A stretch of 63,532 nt of DNA, the filler included, from Phoronis australis (taxonomy: Eukaryota; Animalia; Phoronida): assembly GCA_002633005.1 (NCBI GenBank). It is 7 parts of 7 records of this genome, joined end to end, with 100 filler letters (N's around TTAATTAATTAA, not from the genome) between each part and the next. Parts side by side here need not be neighbours in the genome. Positions count along the whole stretch, not along the records: positions 50,117 to 54,386 come from NMRA01002639.1; positions 54,487 to 59,984 come from NMRA01002324.1; positions 60,085 to 63,532 come from NMRA01003013.1; 4 more parts are not named here. The stretch is one strand, 5' to 3'. Numbering within the stretch: position 1 is the first letter of the stretch; every line of letters begins with the position of its first letter. Position numbers and translations under genes: made by a program. This document shows positions 52,118 through 63,532 of the stretch, in pieces. The notes below the pieces were generated by a model. It did not search any database, was not told the DNA's origin, and saw only the letters and a program-made list of their open reading frames with translations.

Positions 52118-53125
52118 TATGCAGAGCTCAACACTTAGCATAACGTCATATTGCCAATTGAGATCTAGCAAGATTGTCAGGTTGCTAAATAGGAAATGAA
52201 CTTGCCAAAACTAGGAAATTCCATTAGCGGCATTTTTTAGAAACAGTAAATCAGGTATGGGTTGTGTGCATAGTGATGGGACATTTTCTCCTTCACTTGC
52301 CTAAGGAGAAGGCAGACGATCAAAAGTCATTGTTTGTTCATGCATTATGCTTGGGTCCTGCCGGTTATTACAGGACAATTCCGACTCCTGTCTGTTTGCT
52401 GGGATCCTGTTGTAGTTTGAGCACCTGTGGCTGTGTCCTGAGTGTGGTAGATTTTAATGATTTCACGAATAAATAAATGGAACATTTGTGAACCAAAGTT
52501 ATAAAATATTTGTATTTGCTAAAAATGTTATTTTTTTAAAGTTTGGAAGTCAATTCAAAGCAAATTCCTAGTGAATTCTTAATTTTCCGACCTCTTCTGA
52601 TTGGAACTGGCAAAAAATCCATTTTACCAACGGTCACTAAACAAAATCTAATGTCGCATTAGCAAGCTGCAGGTTGCCGAATTGATTCCTGCAGTGTAAA
52701 TAGGATAGGTTGGTGCGAACGTTGGTGTAAACTGGCTATTAGATTTAAAGAAATGCAGGGGCTACGACATCGCTACCTCTAAGTGGTTTAAGGAAAATAT
52801 TTGATCCTGAGAAGATAGTTGGTCCGAAATAGAGAGTGGTATTGCACAAGTTCAATGTCGCAAGAAATACTGTAGAATGGCATTTTTGTCATTCATGGGG
52901 TCTTATGACTATGACTGTTTCGTAAAATTTAGTAAAAAAGAAGGGGACATTCTAAGTAAAATGACGATATTAATAACGCGACCAAATTCCATTTGATATA
53001 AATATTCAAGATGAAATCTCAAAAACGCCGTAACAGTTTACCAGTTTACTAAATGTTTTTGTTTTGTGCATCTTTTGAGTTTTTCTCATAAAAGTCCTAA
53101 TGTGTTCAACCTTTTGTCATCGCAG

Positions 53126-53283
53126 CACCAAGCTTCAACTGGATGTAGTTCTTCTTGTCTTGCCTGTTCTATTGAGTTTCACGGTGTGTGCTGATCACGT
53201 GCAGGCCTTGATCACAGGGTTACTAACAGCAACGCTTGGCGTAATCTTGTTCAACGAGAGCGTGCAGAGTTCAAAATGTCAGA
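53126..53283 (+). CDS. PIGW: PIG-W second coding exon (TKLQLDVVLLVLPVLLSFTV...)
   Basis: CGCAG acceptor, GTAAGT donor, phase-compatible with exon 1; matches PIG-W DFVVLIVP. Confidence 0.85.
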
Positions 53284-54620
53284 GTAAGTTTTACGTCACC
53301 ATTACTTTGAGATTTGAACTTACTTCTTAATAACTGAAACGGAAAATCAACGTAAATAACCCCACGTGAAATCGTTTTTCAAAGCTTTTGTTGAGTCCCA
53401 CAGAACACTGTTTGGTCAAGCCAAAGTCATATACAGTACAAAGCAAAAAGAGTCGGACAAAATATTGTTTCCCCGTCGTGACGGATAATTCTGTTAACAG
53501 TGAAAATGACTGTTAATAACTATTAGGTTTGTAAATTTCTAATTACAGGATGGCTTAGTCACCTTATTAACTTTCCTGTTCATTTTTCCCCCTCATTTTC
53601 GGTCATCAGGGGAGACTACTCTGACCATGAATTTGGCTTCTGCCAGTCGTCATGACAGGGAATTCTGTGGTGAATACTTTTGGTTTGTACTGTACTTCCT
53701 GTCAAAGCAGTCATTGAACTGCATTTGGTCCAAATTATGTTACTGTGTAATTAGGAATGCCAACTCGCAGTTTTAAGGGCCTTGCGGACTATGGATTTAG
53801 AACGGTGGACTACCATTCTTTCACGATCACAAAAAGTTTAGACCCAATGCAAATGTGATGTAGACCAGTTTAAATTTAGGGCTGTACTTAAGTTGGTATA
53901 CTCGAAAAGATCAGACCAAAGTTTTTTCGATTACTTATTAAAGCGCAATGCGAAAGGTTTGGTCAAGATTATTTTTCTGTATCGTCCTTCATTAAAACGT
54001 GAAATTCTTTCCACCATTTCGCGCACTCTTGACATTGTGTCGTCAGCTGCCCACTGGACAACTTTTAAGAAAACATGTCTCAAAGCAAGTAATGTAACAA
54101 GAATAGAAGTGGTAACCGTTTACTTGATGAAACCCGAGGGAGTCAGTGGTTCAAGGTATTCTTTATTGAAAGGATCGCAACAGCGTAGCGACATATTGTA
54201 TTTAATACGGTGAAACTTTAAAGTTAGTCAGTGCAATGTGAGTCCACTCAAGTGAGAAAGGTGGCAATTTTTGAGGGCAGGTTATCACACTGATTTGAAA
54301 TATGTTGCGACTGCAAACTAGTCCGGACTAACTCTAATGCGAAAGCAGCTTTTGAGAAAATATACAAAGGGTTTCTCACCAAACAANNNNNNNNNNNNNN
54401 NNNNNNNNNNNNNNNNNNNNNNNNNNNNNNTTAATTAATTAANNNNNNNNNNNNNNNNNNNNNNNNNNNNNNNNNNNNNNNNNNNNAAACAGTCGGTAAA
54501 TGCATTAATTTTAGTCTCAGTTCTTCCACGCGTGTTTCTCCCGAGAGGTTAGTACCTAACGTGCAGACGAGCGTTCCAAATTGGAACGCTAAGTCCCGCG
54601 TGGCAGCGCTGCACGCGAAA

Positions 54621-54632
54621 CAAGATGGCGGA
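54621..54632 (+). promoter_or_regulatory. YY1-like motif in a CpG-rich putative promoter / first exon
   Basis: CAAGATGGCGGA matches the YY1 consensus CAAGATGGCGGC; a GTAATC donor follows at 54659. Confidence 0.45.
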
Positions 54633-55116
54633 CGACCTTTGGAGACTGACGACGAGAGGTAATCGGACTATACTATAGGAGCTTCATCCGCCGGACACTT
54701 TACCCCTATTATGTCTTACTCTGATTAAAACGTCAAAGTCACGTTGTTATAGGTACTTTTTCCGCATAGAGAAATAACTGTAGGAGGCCTTTGTTGTCTT
54801 TCATTTCTTTCAACTCGAACAAATACTCCCATAATCAAACTTTTTCTCCGAGCAGTCTTTCATTAAGTTGTCCAATTCGACAACTGGCCATTTTTACACT
54901 GTGCACATTGCTATTTTTATCACGCCGGCCAGGTGTTTTTCATACACATATATCAAGCAGAGACTTCCAACGTAAATCTTAATCTCTGTACAAAAATATG
55001 TATGATCCAAACATTGAGATTTCTCGTGTAATGTTTAACCATATTGCTTGTTTAGTAACTTAAGAAAATCATTTGTTTCATTTTAGATATAAGAAAGAAT
55101 GATCACGTAATTCAAT

Positions 55117-56365
55117 ATGGCGAAAGATACTAACAGTGGGCTGCGGGAGTCTTATCCACTCCTCCCGACCACATCCGGTGAACGCCATGATAAACATGGC
55201 TATGTCAACAGAGGTTTTGACTCAAAGATTAAGATCAGTCGGAACAAAGATTTCTGGGAAGACCGTGAATGGGATGATGACAAGACACTTTTTTCGTACG
55301 ATAAGAGGAGAGGTACATCCATGATCGCTTACGATTGTTTCCTCGTTCTTCTCGACTACTTACATCTGTTCTCTCTGCTTCAGTCCCTGGGGCTGCGCTG
55401 GCCCTGGCCTCAGGGATGGATTCAGTACTCATCTTGGGTGTTCTTGTTCAACATTGATGTCTGGGACTTCTCCAAAGTGTATAGCAATGGCACATACAAG
55501 AGTGTGAAAGATTATACCGTCCCCTCGGCTGAAATGCCTTATCACTATTGGCAACTGCTGGTTGGTTGGCTGGTAGTGCTAGTAATTGCTGCTCTTGTGT
55601 TCGCTATCCTTTACATTGTTCTGAACGTACACAAGCACCCATACATGATGGTTCACATTGCCCACCTGCAGAGGGCGTATGTGGTCATAGTCGAAATCCT
55701 CGCACTCCCTCTTGGACTGACGATAGCGCGCATATTCAATTGTAAACCCGACGCATCCGTAACGTCCGACAAGCAACTGGTTGACGTTAGCAATGGTGTG
55801 GAATGTTTCAGTGATATGCACTGGGCTTACATTGCACCTTCATCTGTGGTCGCCTTTCTACTTTTCCTCGCCTTACCAGTGTGGCTGATATTTAACATCA
55901 AACAAGAAATCCTGGCCGCCTCCTCGGACCAGCATGAAGGATTTTTACAACTGAAGGAGACAGAATACATACAGGGCTTGGACATGGTGTTTGTTGTCAA
56001 GGGTTACCCGTTGTTCTCCTCATTTAGACTATGGGGTGTCTACTACAGACCTACCATACTCCTCTTGAAGTTCGCAATCCTTGTGTTTTACGCGACGCTA
56101 TTCCAACACACATTCGCGCAGTCGCTGATCATTAACTTGATCCTTTTTGTAACGCTTGTAGCGCTCATTATTGTACGTCCATTCCGCGTGAAACCGTTCA
56201 ACTTCATGCTGATTGTCAATTATCTATGTCTCATGGCCAATTGCCTTCTTGGAACGATGCTGACATCCTTCGACAGTACCACTGTGCAGTCACCTTGGTT
56301 GACTCCAACTTATATGACCTACATTCTGCTCTTGATTAATGGCTTCTGGCTGCTATGCGTCATGG
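55117..56365 (+). CDS. Uncharacterised multi-pass membrane protein, large first coding exon
   Basis: 416-codon open frame with about 9 hydrophobic segments; GTAAGT donor in phase 1. Confidence 0.9.
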
Positions 56366-56908
56366 GTAAGTGATTGTGATCATGATAATTATGTAGAACG
56401 TAATATAAGCATCTTTGTATTCCGTCACGTAATGTTTTTGGTATAGTTTTATCATTCTAATTGTCTATAGAGTGTGAATTTGGATTGCAATTGTTGATTT
56501 TGTTCGCTGTTCTTTAATGTCGGAAAATCATCTGACAAGGTTCAATTTGTTATGTTCCAGAAATGAACGAATCGCAGGTGATACTTTATTAGTTTCATTC
56601 ACTGCATTTTGTTCATGGTTCGTTGAGATCATGAAGAAATTTTGTAATCGCTGATTTGTCTGTATGTTAAAGAGGTGATGCTTTTGCTTGGTTGCTAAAT
56701 CTCTGGCAACATTTCCTTATTTCTGAATTTGTACAAGACAATACAATATCCTTGGCATTTTTGTTAAAATCGGTTAAGAAACAATTTTGCATAATATGGT
56801 GTATTATAGCATTTGTATGGTTCTTGCATTGGTGGAGATGGGTTTGTTCAATAATACGGCTAAAGTGCAAATTAAACCAAATTTAGTGATTGCTTGATTT
56901 TCTTTCAG

Positions 56909-57064
56909 TGTTCCTTGTGTATATTCTCCTGCGTCATCTAAACCTTCTCAAACGTTGGATAAGGGAGCCTCTGTGGCCGTCCATGACTTCCAGGGGACTA
57001 AACAAACTGAGCCCAGAAACGAGAAAGTTCATGCGAGGAATACTCCGAGCTCGCCATCTTCTGG
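56909..57064 (+). CDS. Same membrane protein, exon 2
   Basis: TTTCAG acceptor, GTAATT donor, phase 1/1, open frame (FLVYILLRH...RARHLL). Confidence 0.85.
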
Positions 57065-57598
57065 GTAATTAGGAAACTACTCTTGTCACGACCATTACTG
57101 ACAATAATGTTCATTTGTTCAGAAATCCTCTTGGTGTTCTCCACAGCCTGTTTTAATTTATCTTGTGAAGGAATTTGAATTTCCCCCTCTCTAGCTTGAC
57201 TTATGTGCATCAAGTTCGAAAACTGTATACAACGTGTTCGAACTTCTGTGAGACTAACTATTTCTTAAGCAGATAACAGGAAATTTTGGATTTTTGACGC
57301 CTGTTCAATGCATATTTTCTAATACTTATCTTACAAACTTTCCACAGTATGGACATGAATTTTTTATTAAATTTTAGTTTCGTGTTGTGGAGAAAACTGC
57401 GTATTGTGTGTTGACAATTCTAAAACTTGAACGATCCTGAACAAAACATAAAAATACGACAATATGTTATTTTACCTTGTATTATTTAAAGTTAATCTGA
57501 GACAGATTGAGCAATTTGCCATTTTGCTCTGCAAGAGTTATGAGTAATCAGTCTCTTCATGTCCGCAATTTGTAAGTCTTAATTATCACGTTCTACAG

Positions 57599-57784
57599 AG
57601 CGATGCCTTGCGATGCCGCCGATATTTGCGCCAGTCCATGAGCTGTCGCGTCAGATCCAGATCATCAACGCCTACTGCCGGGAGGCGGAGCTACTCAAAG
57701 ATCCCATTCACCCCACGCTGTGGGACCTGCTGGATGACATGATCGAGTCCTACTCTAAGATCGCTCCCAAGTCTTTATTTTCTG
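57599..57784 (+). CDS. Same membrane protein, exon 3
   Basis: CTACAG acceptor, GTAAGG donor, phase 1/1 (RCLAMPPIFAPVHEL...KSLFS). Confidence 0.85.
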
Positions 57785-58099
57785 GTAAGGACTCCAGTGT
57801 CATGTCCAGTTATTTTGCTCATCTTTGATCAAATTCCAACACTGTAGGATGTTTGAGGTGATGTGAAATAAATACTAATTACTCTTGTGTTGCACTCTAG
57901 TCCTTGTAATCTGGCAATAGCTGTGGTAGATTATAACTCCTAAATTTCTGTTATTCATTAATACACTGGACTGGTGTAATAAGGATACTCAACACAAAAA
58001 TGCTCTGTTTTCAACGACTTTGAAAGTACGGTAAAATCTCACCAGTTTCGTACAAAACTAATTTCAGTTGGTGAAGGTGCTCTATAATTTTTTGATGCT

Positions 58100-58542
58100 C
58101 AAGGCTTGGAATTTTCTGCGGAAACGCGGATTTCTGCTGTTTTCAAATGTTCTGTTCGCGTATATTATTATATTTCCACTTAAAAAAAATTGGTTTTTGA
58201 TATAAAATTTTGGTGGAAAATTTCTTTCTTACCGCGGCGTTGCCGACGACTTTCACCTGAGAAAGCGTGGTGGATTTTCAATGGCGTCCCGTGTGATTGT
58301 AAACCGCGGTGACAAATACTACGACTCTGCAGCCAAAAATGTGTAGAGGTGGGAGTAGACGGACGAGCTAAAAAGACGCAGACGCACGCTTCTGGAGGTG
58401 GTACCGTTGTTTCTTTCTTTTTTTTAGTCCTCCCGATTTTTGTCGGCAAAAGGTCCACATTGACTAGTTCAAGGCTGGGAAGCGCGCATGTTTTGGGCCG
58501 TAAAAGGTTCCGCTTTTTTGTCATTGGTCATTCCAAGCCCTG
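58100..58542. mobile_element. hAT-like MITE in an intron, apparent 5-bp TSD
   Basis: TIRs CAAGGCTTGGAA / TTCCAAGCCCTG; flanks ATGCT and ATGCA. Confidence 0.75.
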
Positions 58543-58753
58543 ATGCATACAATTTCTCAAAGTCATTGCCTGATAGTAGTTATGGCATAAACAGCAGTTG
58601 GCCATTCTAAAGATTTATTAGACAGGTACCAGGTCCCAATAGGTAGACATGGGTGTTAACTTGCCACGCTTGTTAATTACGGAGATGTGGTTTTCATCGT
58701 AAGTTGTGGTTTTAGAGAGGTGATCATGAATCCCTTTTGTTTGTGGTTTGCAG

Positions 58754-58900
58754 AGAGCGTGAAGGATACCATCCGTCAGACGGCTGCTGAACTTATGAAG
58801 GTTATGCCCATGTTTGTGAGACGCCTGGCACAGCGCGAGTATGACTTCATTCTGATGAAGCCCGTCAAGAGGCGCTTACTGCTGAAGATGTACTGCATGG
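58754..58900 (+). CDS. Same membrane protein, exon 4 (gene continues beyond it)
   Basis: TTTGCAG acceptor, GTGAGA donor, phase 1/1 (SVKDTIRQ...LLKMYCM). Confidence 0.85.
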
Positions 58901-59449
58901 GTGAGATCTTGTTCTGTCGTCATAGCAACACACTAGCATACAAGAGCTCTGTAGTCTAGTGATAACAGATGGAAATTTACAGTTTTGAGGTGTTGAATTC
59001 ACTTCTTTTTTATGAAGTGTTGTTGCCAATATCAACATTGGAGTTTGTGGCTGTTTGCCTTTCGTGTATAGGTGGTGCTAGTCTGAATGGGGAAGAAACA
59101 ATTTATATTTCTCAGCAATCAAACAATTGATAAATAAACATTAGCGTGATAGAGTGGCAAATGAGCGGAGACGTTCATATTAAGAGGGTCACTTTTTGAG
59201 TAAAAACATTTGTGCTGGCGCTCATTTTTTCAAAAAGAAATATTTTAGTTTGGTTGTGGAAAACAAATGTATATTTTTTACCAGATTTTAATAGTGGCAT
59301 CATCAATCTACAAATGAAATGAGTACCCCATATCTAAAATGATTTTTGAAAAGAAACTGTTGTACCAGAGGGCCTGAACATGATTTTTTATTGTCATGTT
59401 TACATTTTTACACAAATGACATGCATTTTAACTTGGATGCATAAAAGAT

Positions 59450-59962
59450 ATGCAGGTCCTTAGAAAAGAGCCCATATTTGACTAACTTTGGAACATTGTA
59501 TCTCAGAAATAGCTGATCAGATTTGTATGAAACTTTTTAAGATGATACGTTTTCTACATTTGTTCTTCAAGACACTACTGGGAATAGTTTGAAGAAGATG
59601 CTCTACTTTTGTATGAAAGGCTATTAAATATAGGACTTCTGTGGTTCTCATGGCAAAACCTAAAGTTGCATGAAACAGAAATTAAATGATATTTTAGAAA
59701 ACTGTTGTTTTGATATCCCCTCTTGAACATCTACGTCAAATGAAATTTGATCATGTTATTGATATCGTTGTTTTGCTAGGAATGTACCTTTCTTTTTGGT
59801 AAATTTTACTAAAAGGACACGGTCATGTGACCCAGTTAACAACAGATTGGTAAACAGTAAAAAATCAAAAGGCTTTCTGCTTTCAGAACATACATACTTT
59901 TACCGACTACTATTTTTGTGTAAATACGCAGACTTGTCAATCAGGTCCGACATGACCTTAAT
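59450..59962. mobile_element. Old dispersed DNA-transposon-like family copy ending ...GACC followed by TTAA
   Basis: Reverse-complement similarity to 39990-40460; CC-TTAA end is compatible with a Kolobok-type element. Confidence 0.5.
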
Positions 59963-62900
59963 TCAGGTGTGTTTACATTGTGAANNNNNNNNNNNNNNNN
60001 NNNNNNNNNNNNNNNNNNNNNNNNNNNNTTAATTAATTAANNNNNNNNNNNNNNNNNNNNNNNNNNNNNNNNNNNNNNNNNNNNTAATTTCGAATTCGTT
60101 TCGCCAGTATATTAGATCCCGTGCCCACATCGATCTACATCGGTAAAGCTATTGGGTCACCTTTCCAACTAGCTGAAACTATAAAACTGAGGTTGGGCTT
60201 AGTGAGCGCGGGTTCAAGTTGACGCCTTTGAGCAAGGCTTAGAGCCCTGAGTGACAACCGTCTCTCCGAGAGAGTGACGCTTTCTACAAAAAGCAACACG
60301 GACGTCCTACACAAACAGCCATACGCTTTCGATAGGCCTTTACTTAAAAAGTCTCTGAATAACAGACCACCGCAATTATAAAGGGCCACTGAGCAGAGTT
60401 CTCTGACGGCCTGATACCGTTGATTCTCAGCTAATACGGTAAAGAAAGAGAACATTAATTTAATTCTTCGGAAAAAGTATCTTAAAATATCGCAATTTTC
60501 TAGTGAAATGTGTCACGTGACCGCTACCACAAATAATCTTGCCCCTGAGCTTCTCCGAAAGTCGGAAACTTAAGCCTTCGCTGAGTAGACTTTTGCCGGA
60601 ATGTTTGTGGTTCCAAGATTTTGAGTTGGGGGGAAGGAAGGACAGAATATTAGCCAGGATTTTGCACCATTCAGTTGAACTGCCACTGACTCGGAGATGG
60701 AACCGGCAGAATGGGTGACATGGCCCCCTCATGGGGCCCCCTTAATCTGCCACTGGCCGGATTCGGAAGCGGTTTGAAGACGTCAAGATTTGTCAAGGCG
60801 TGTGCCATAACTAGCAACGAAAATGTGTGAACATTCGTAAGTCATTAACGACGTTCAGTCCTTTCAGTTTTACGGTTCTGAACACGCACAGGTCCGTCGA
60901 TCACCTGACCAAAACAGTCGTGACCTTGTGTGGCTGTGGGTGAGAAGCCAATTTTTTAACACGTGGCCAAGAGAATTGCATTGGCAGGGTATTTTTAACT
61001 TTAATGATTGCAAGAGTGAAAGCGGTCAAGAACATGTCGAAGTTTGCTGGCTAAGCTAGTTTGAACACAGTTTGAACTTGCCGGAGCTCTGCCTCCCGGC
61101 GTTCAATGAACGCTACTGGACCTCGCTAAAAAGCATTCGCGAGATTACGTGAGATATTGCCGTGCATTGTAAATAAGAAAATATGACTTTGACTAGGTTT
61201 TAGTTAGGTCCAAGCGAAGGTCCTAGCGTCTACTGAACGCACGCCTGGTTTCACGCAGCTTCGCCGATAACTATAATCTGTTGACAATTAATGGACCTAC
61301 CCGTGACGATTACCGGCAACGCTGCTCCTCAGTAGCCAAGACTTAAGCCGTGAAAGCGAACGAAAAAGTCTAGGAGCAAGCGAAAATCACATTTCATCAC
61401 CTATATCGATATAGTTTTTATTGTTTTATCGGTACATATAATCATATTAAACTTCATAATAGTGCTCTTGAAATGTCCTGAAATTTACACCGACAGTCAG
61501 CAGCCTAAAGTTAGCATTCTTTAATTTCGGACAAAAGTAATTACCAGACTGTGACGCACAAAGACAAATTACATTCTTGTAGGTGCTGAAGGAACAAGAA
61601 ATTTAACTCCTGAGAGTACAAGTTTGCTTGTTAAAACTCGTTAACCCAATCAGCTCCATTGAGTCTCAACAGAACCGTCACATGTCCAGCAATAGGTAGC
61701 GCTAGTAGTCGCATACAGCTTGGTTGCCGAAAAAACGATATGTCTCTGGTTTCCTCTGTTTACAATCTCAAAAAAGTTGGCGTCTGCTTGAACTGCAGCA
61801 CAAGTTTACAGCCCCATAGATACTGAGGTGACCTCATAGGCTACTAAGAATCAATATCGGTTCCCTTTTATTTGATTCTGTATCACTTTTCAAATATGTA
61901 GTCCTATACCGGTAGGCCTAATAATGTTGATCAAGGTTAATCTTAAAAAGCTAATTCGATTAACCGCAGTTTGCGTTTGATACTTTTCGCAGCAGTGGCG
62001 CCTCTAGTGTATGTGCACAGACGCTCGAAAGTTGCGGGGGCCGGGGATGTGGACCTTCTGTTCNGGTGTAGTATCTGCAAAGCGTCGAGTACTCCTTTAG
62101 CTCTTTCTCTGTTTAAATGTGTTTAATTAAGCTTGCACTAAACTGATGCAAAAAGATGTAAACCAGATGAGACAGCCGCGTTCGCGCATAACGCCTGTGT
62201 AAGGCTCATGTGACGTATACGCGCAAGGTAATAATTAGTTCTCCTCCGATCGTGCAACTAACGATCATGTTTTTGAAATAACATGTGTTCGAAGGTTGTT
62301 TAGTACTGTAGACGTTGATAGGCTTTCGGTTGAACAATAACAAATTAACTGTGAGTGGGAATAAACCAGGATTTGTAAAATATGACTGAAGCTTACACGC
62401 ATGCGTATCTTTTAAAGCATTTTCAGACATAGACAAATTAAATTGACGTACATGACGTGTTATGATATTAGAGGAAACATACTATCCCCTCTTCAATCCT
62501 ATCCAGTCAGTCGTGTTAGTGTCATATTCAGGTATAGTTTCTCCAACCATTTACCACCCGTGGATTCATCAACCGCACGTATAAGAGTAGGCCAACCTCA
62601 ACGTACTACATCCTAGGTCTCAGCTCCGTCTTCATACTAAATGACCTTGACATCCGGAGAATCTGAACGACTCTTTATACACAAGCACCCACCCCTCTAA
62701 CTTCTACCCGTTCTCGAAACGCAACCTTCATCATTTTAGTTACAAAACGAGCTTTTATACATCAAAATTAGGTGACAAAATGGATATCGTCTTGAAAAGC
62801 AGAGAAATGCATGCAGTCCTGGCTATGTAACTGTCTACGGCACTATGAGCTAATTAAGATACGAAAAGATCTTTAATGAACGATATCTGGCAACAATATA

Positions 62901-63087
62901 CTGGTTAAAACTTAACACTAAGCTCCTTGGCATTCTACTTGACAAAGCAGGATGACTCTCAATCCCGGCTCTCACAAAGTTACAAATAAGCAACTTTTCA
63001 GAACGGTGTCAAGATGTCACATAAAAACATTCTATAACTCTTTTGCTCTGCCGCATTTGACTACTGTGACGTTAGACGTAGTCCTGA

Positions 63088-63296
63088 TTTTGGGCCCCTC
63101 AGACTGTTAGAGCACGTGCCAGACATCACTTTTGGGTCCCTCCGTACTTTAACTAAGAGCACGTGCCAGACAGCCCTTTTGGGTCCCTCCGTACTTTAAG
63201 AGACGTACCAGACAGCAATTTTGGGTCCCTCTGTACTGTTAGAGCGCATACCATACAGCACTTTTTGGTCCCGTATACTGTTAGAGTACGTGCCAG
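63088..63296. repeat. Diverged ~40-48-bp minisatellite, about 5 copies
   Basis: Repeating TTTTGGGTCCCTCCGTACT...AGAGCACGTGCCAGACAGC. Confidence 0.85.
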
Positions 63297-63532
63297 GCTG
63301 CGCACCTTTGATGACAAGGGCCTTGGTTGAACGAAACAAAAAAGAATCAGGCCACACATCACAGTTTTTATCTTAAACACCAACTAGAAACCTGTATCCA
63401 AATCAAGTATTGAGTCCGTTTACACCGGTATCGAATTTTGTATGCAAAAAATCCAATCTTTCCGACATCGCGAATTACGTATATTGAAAATTTGATGGTT
63501 CCTGAGTTTATAATACAAGCTCCTAACGAAGA

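Noticed and set aside
60085-63532. Short ORFs in the last contig and most other 60-120 aa ORFs in the track
   Set aside because: No recognisable domains, many non-ATG starts, and many fall within repeats; consistent with chance ORFs.

Overview
AT-rich, repeat-dense animal genomic DNA, probably from a lophotrochozoan invertebrate (the taxon is my inference). It is not one continuous locus: seven contigs are joined by six identical 100-bp N44-TTAATTAATTAA-N44 linkers, so gene neighbourhoods across the linkers may be artificial. Host genes recognised from spliced exons are INTS8 (5 exons, minus strand), an NMNAT (2 exons, minus), PIGW (2 coding exons, plus) and an uncharacterised multi-pass membrane protein (4 exons, plus). 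An intronless, disabled folate-receptor/riboflavin-binding-protein gene lies antisense to INTS8, upstream of its first visible exon. Most of the remainder is transposon-derived. This includes a decayed Penelope-like retroelement (RT plus GIY-YIG, Naiad-like) in partial-tandem form, with a TTAA-targeting DNA transposon and a tRNA-SINE nested inside it. There are also Helentron-type (HINE-like) elements carrying ~145-bp satellite arrays, CAGGGC-ended DNA elements with 5-bp target-site duplications (TSDs), Tc1/mariner-type MITEs and SINEs. The most notable observations are: (1) nearly every satellite monomer in the HINE-like elements is anchored by a CTCF-consensus-like motif; (2) a non-canonical hammerhead-like fold is present in both terminal repeats of the Penelope-like element; (3) a tRNA-derived SINE-like core is bracketed by two inverted hammerhead-like motifs in a PIGW intron.
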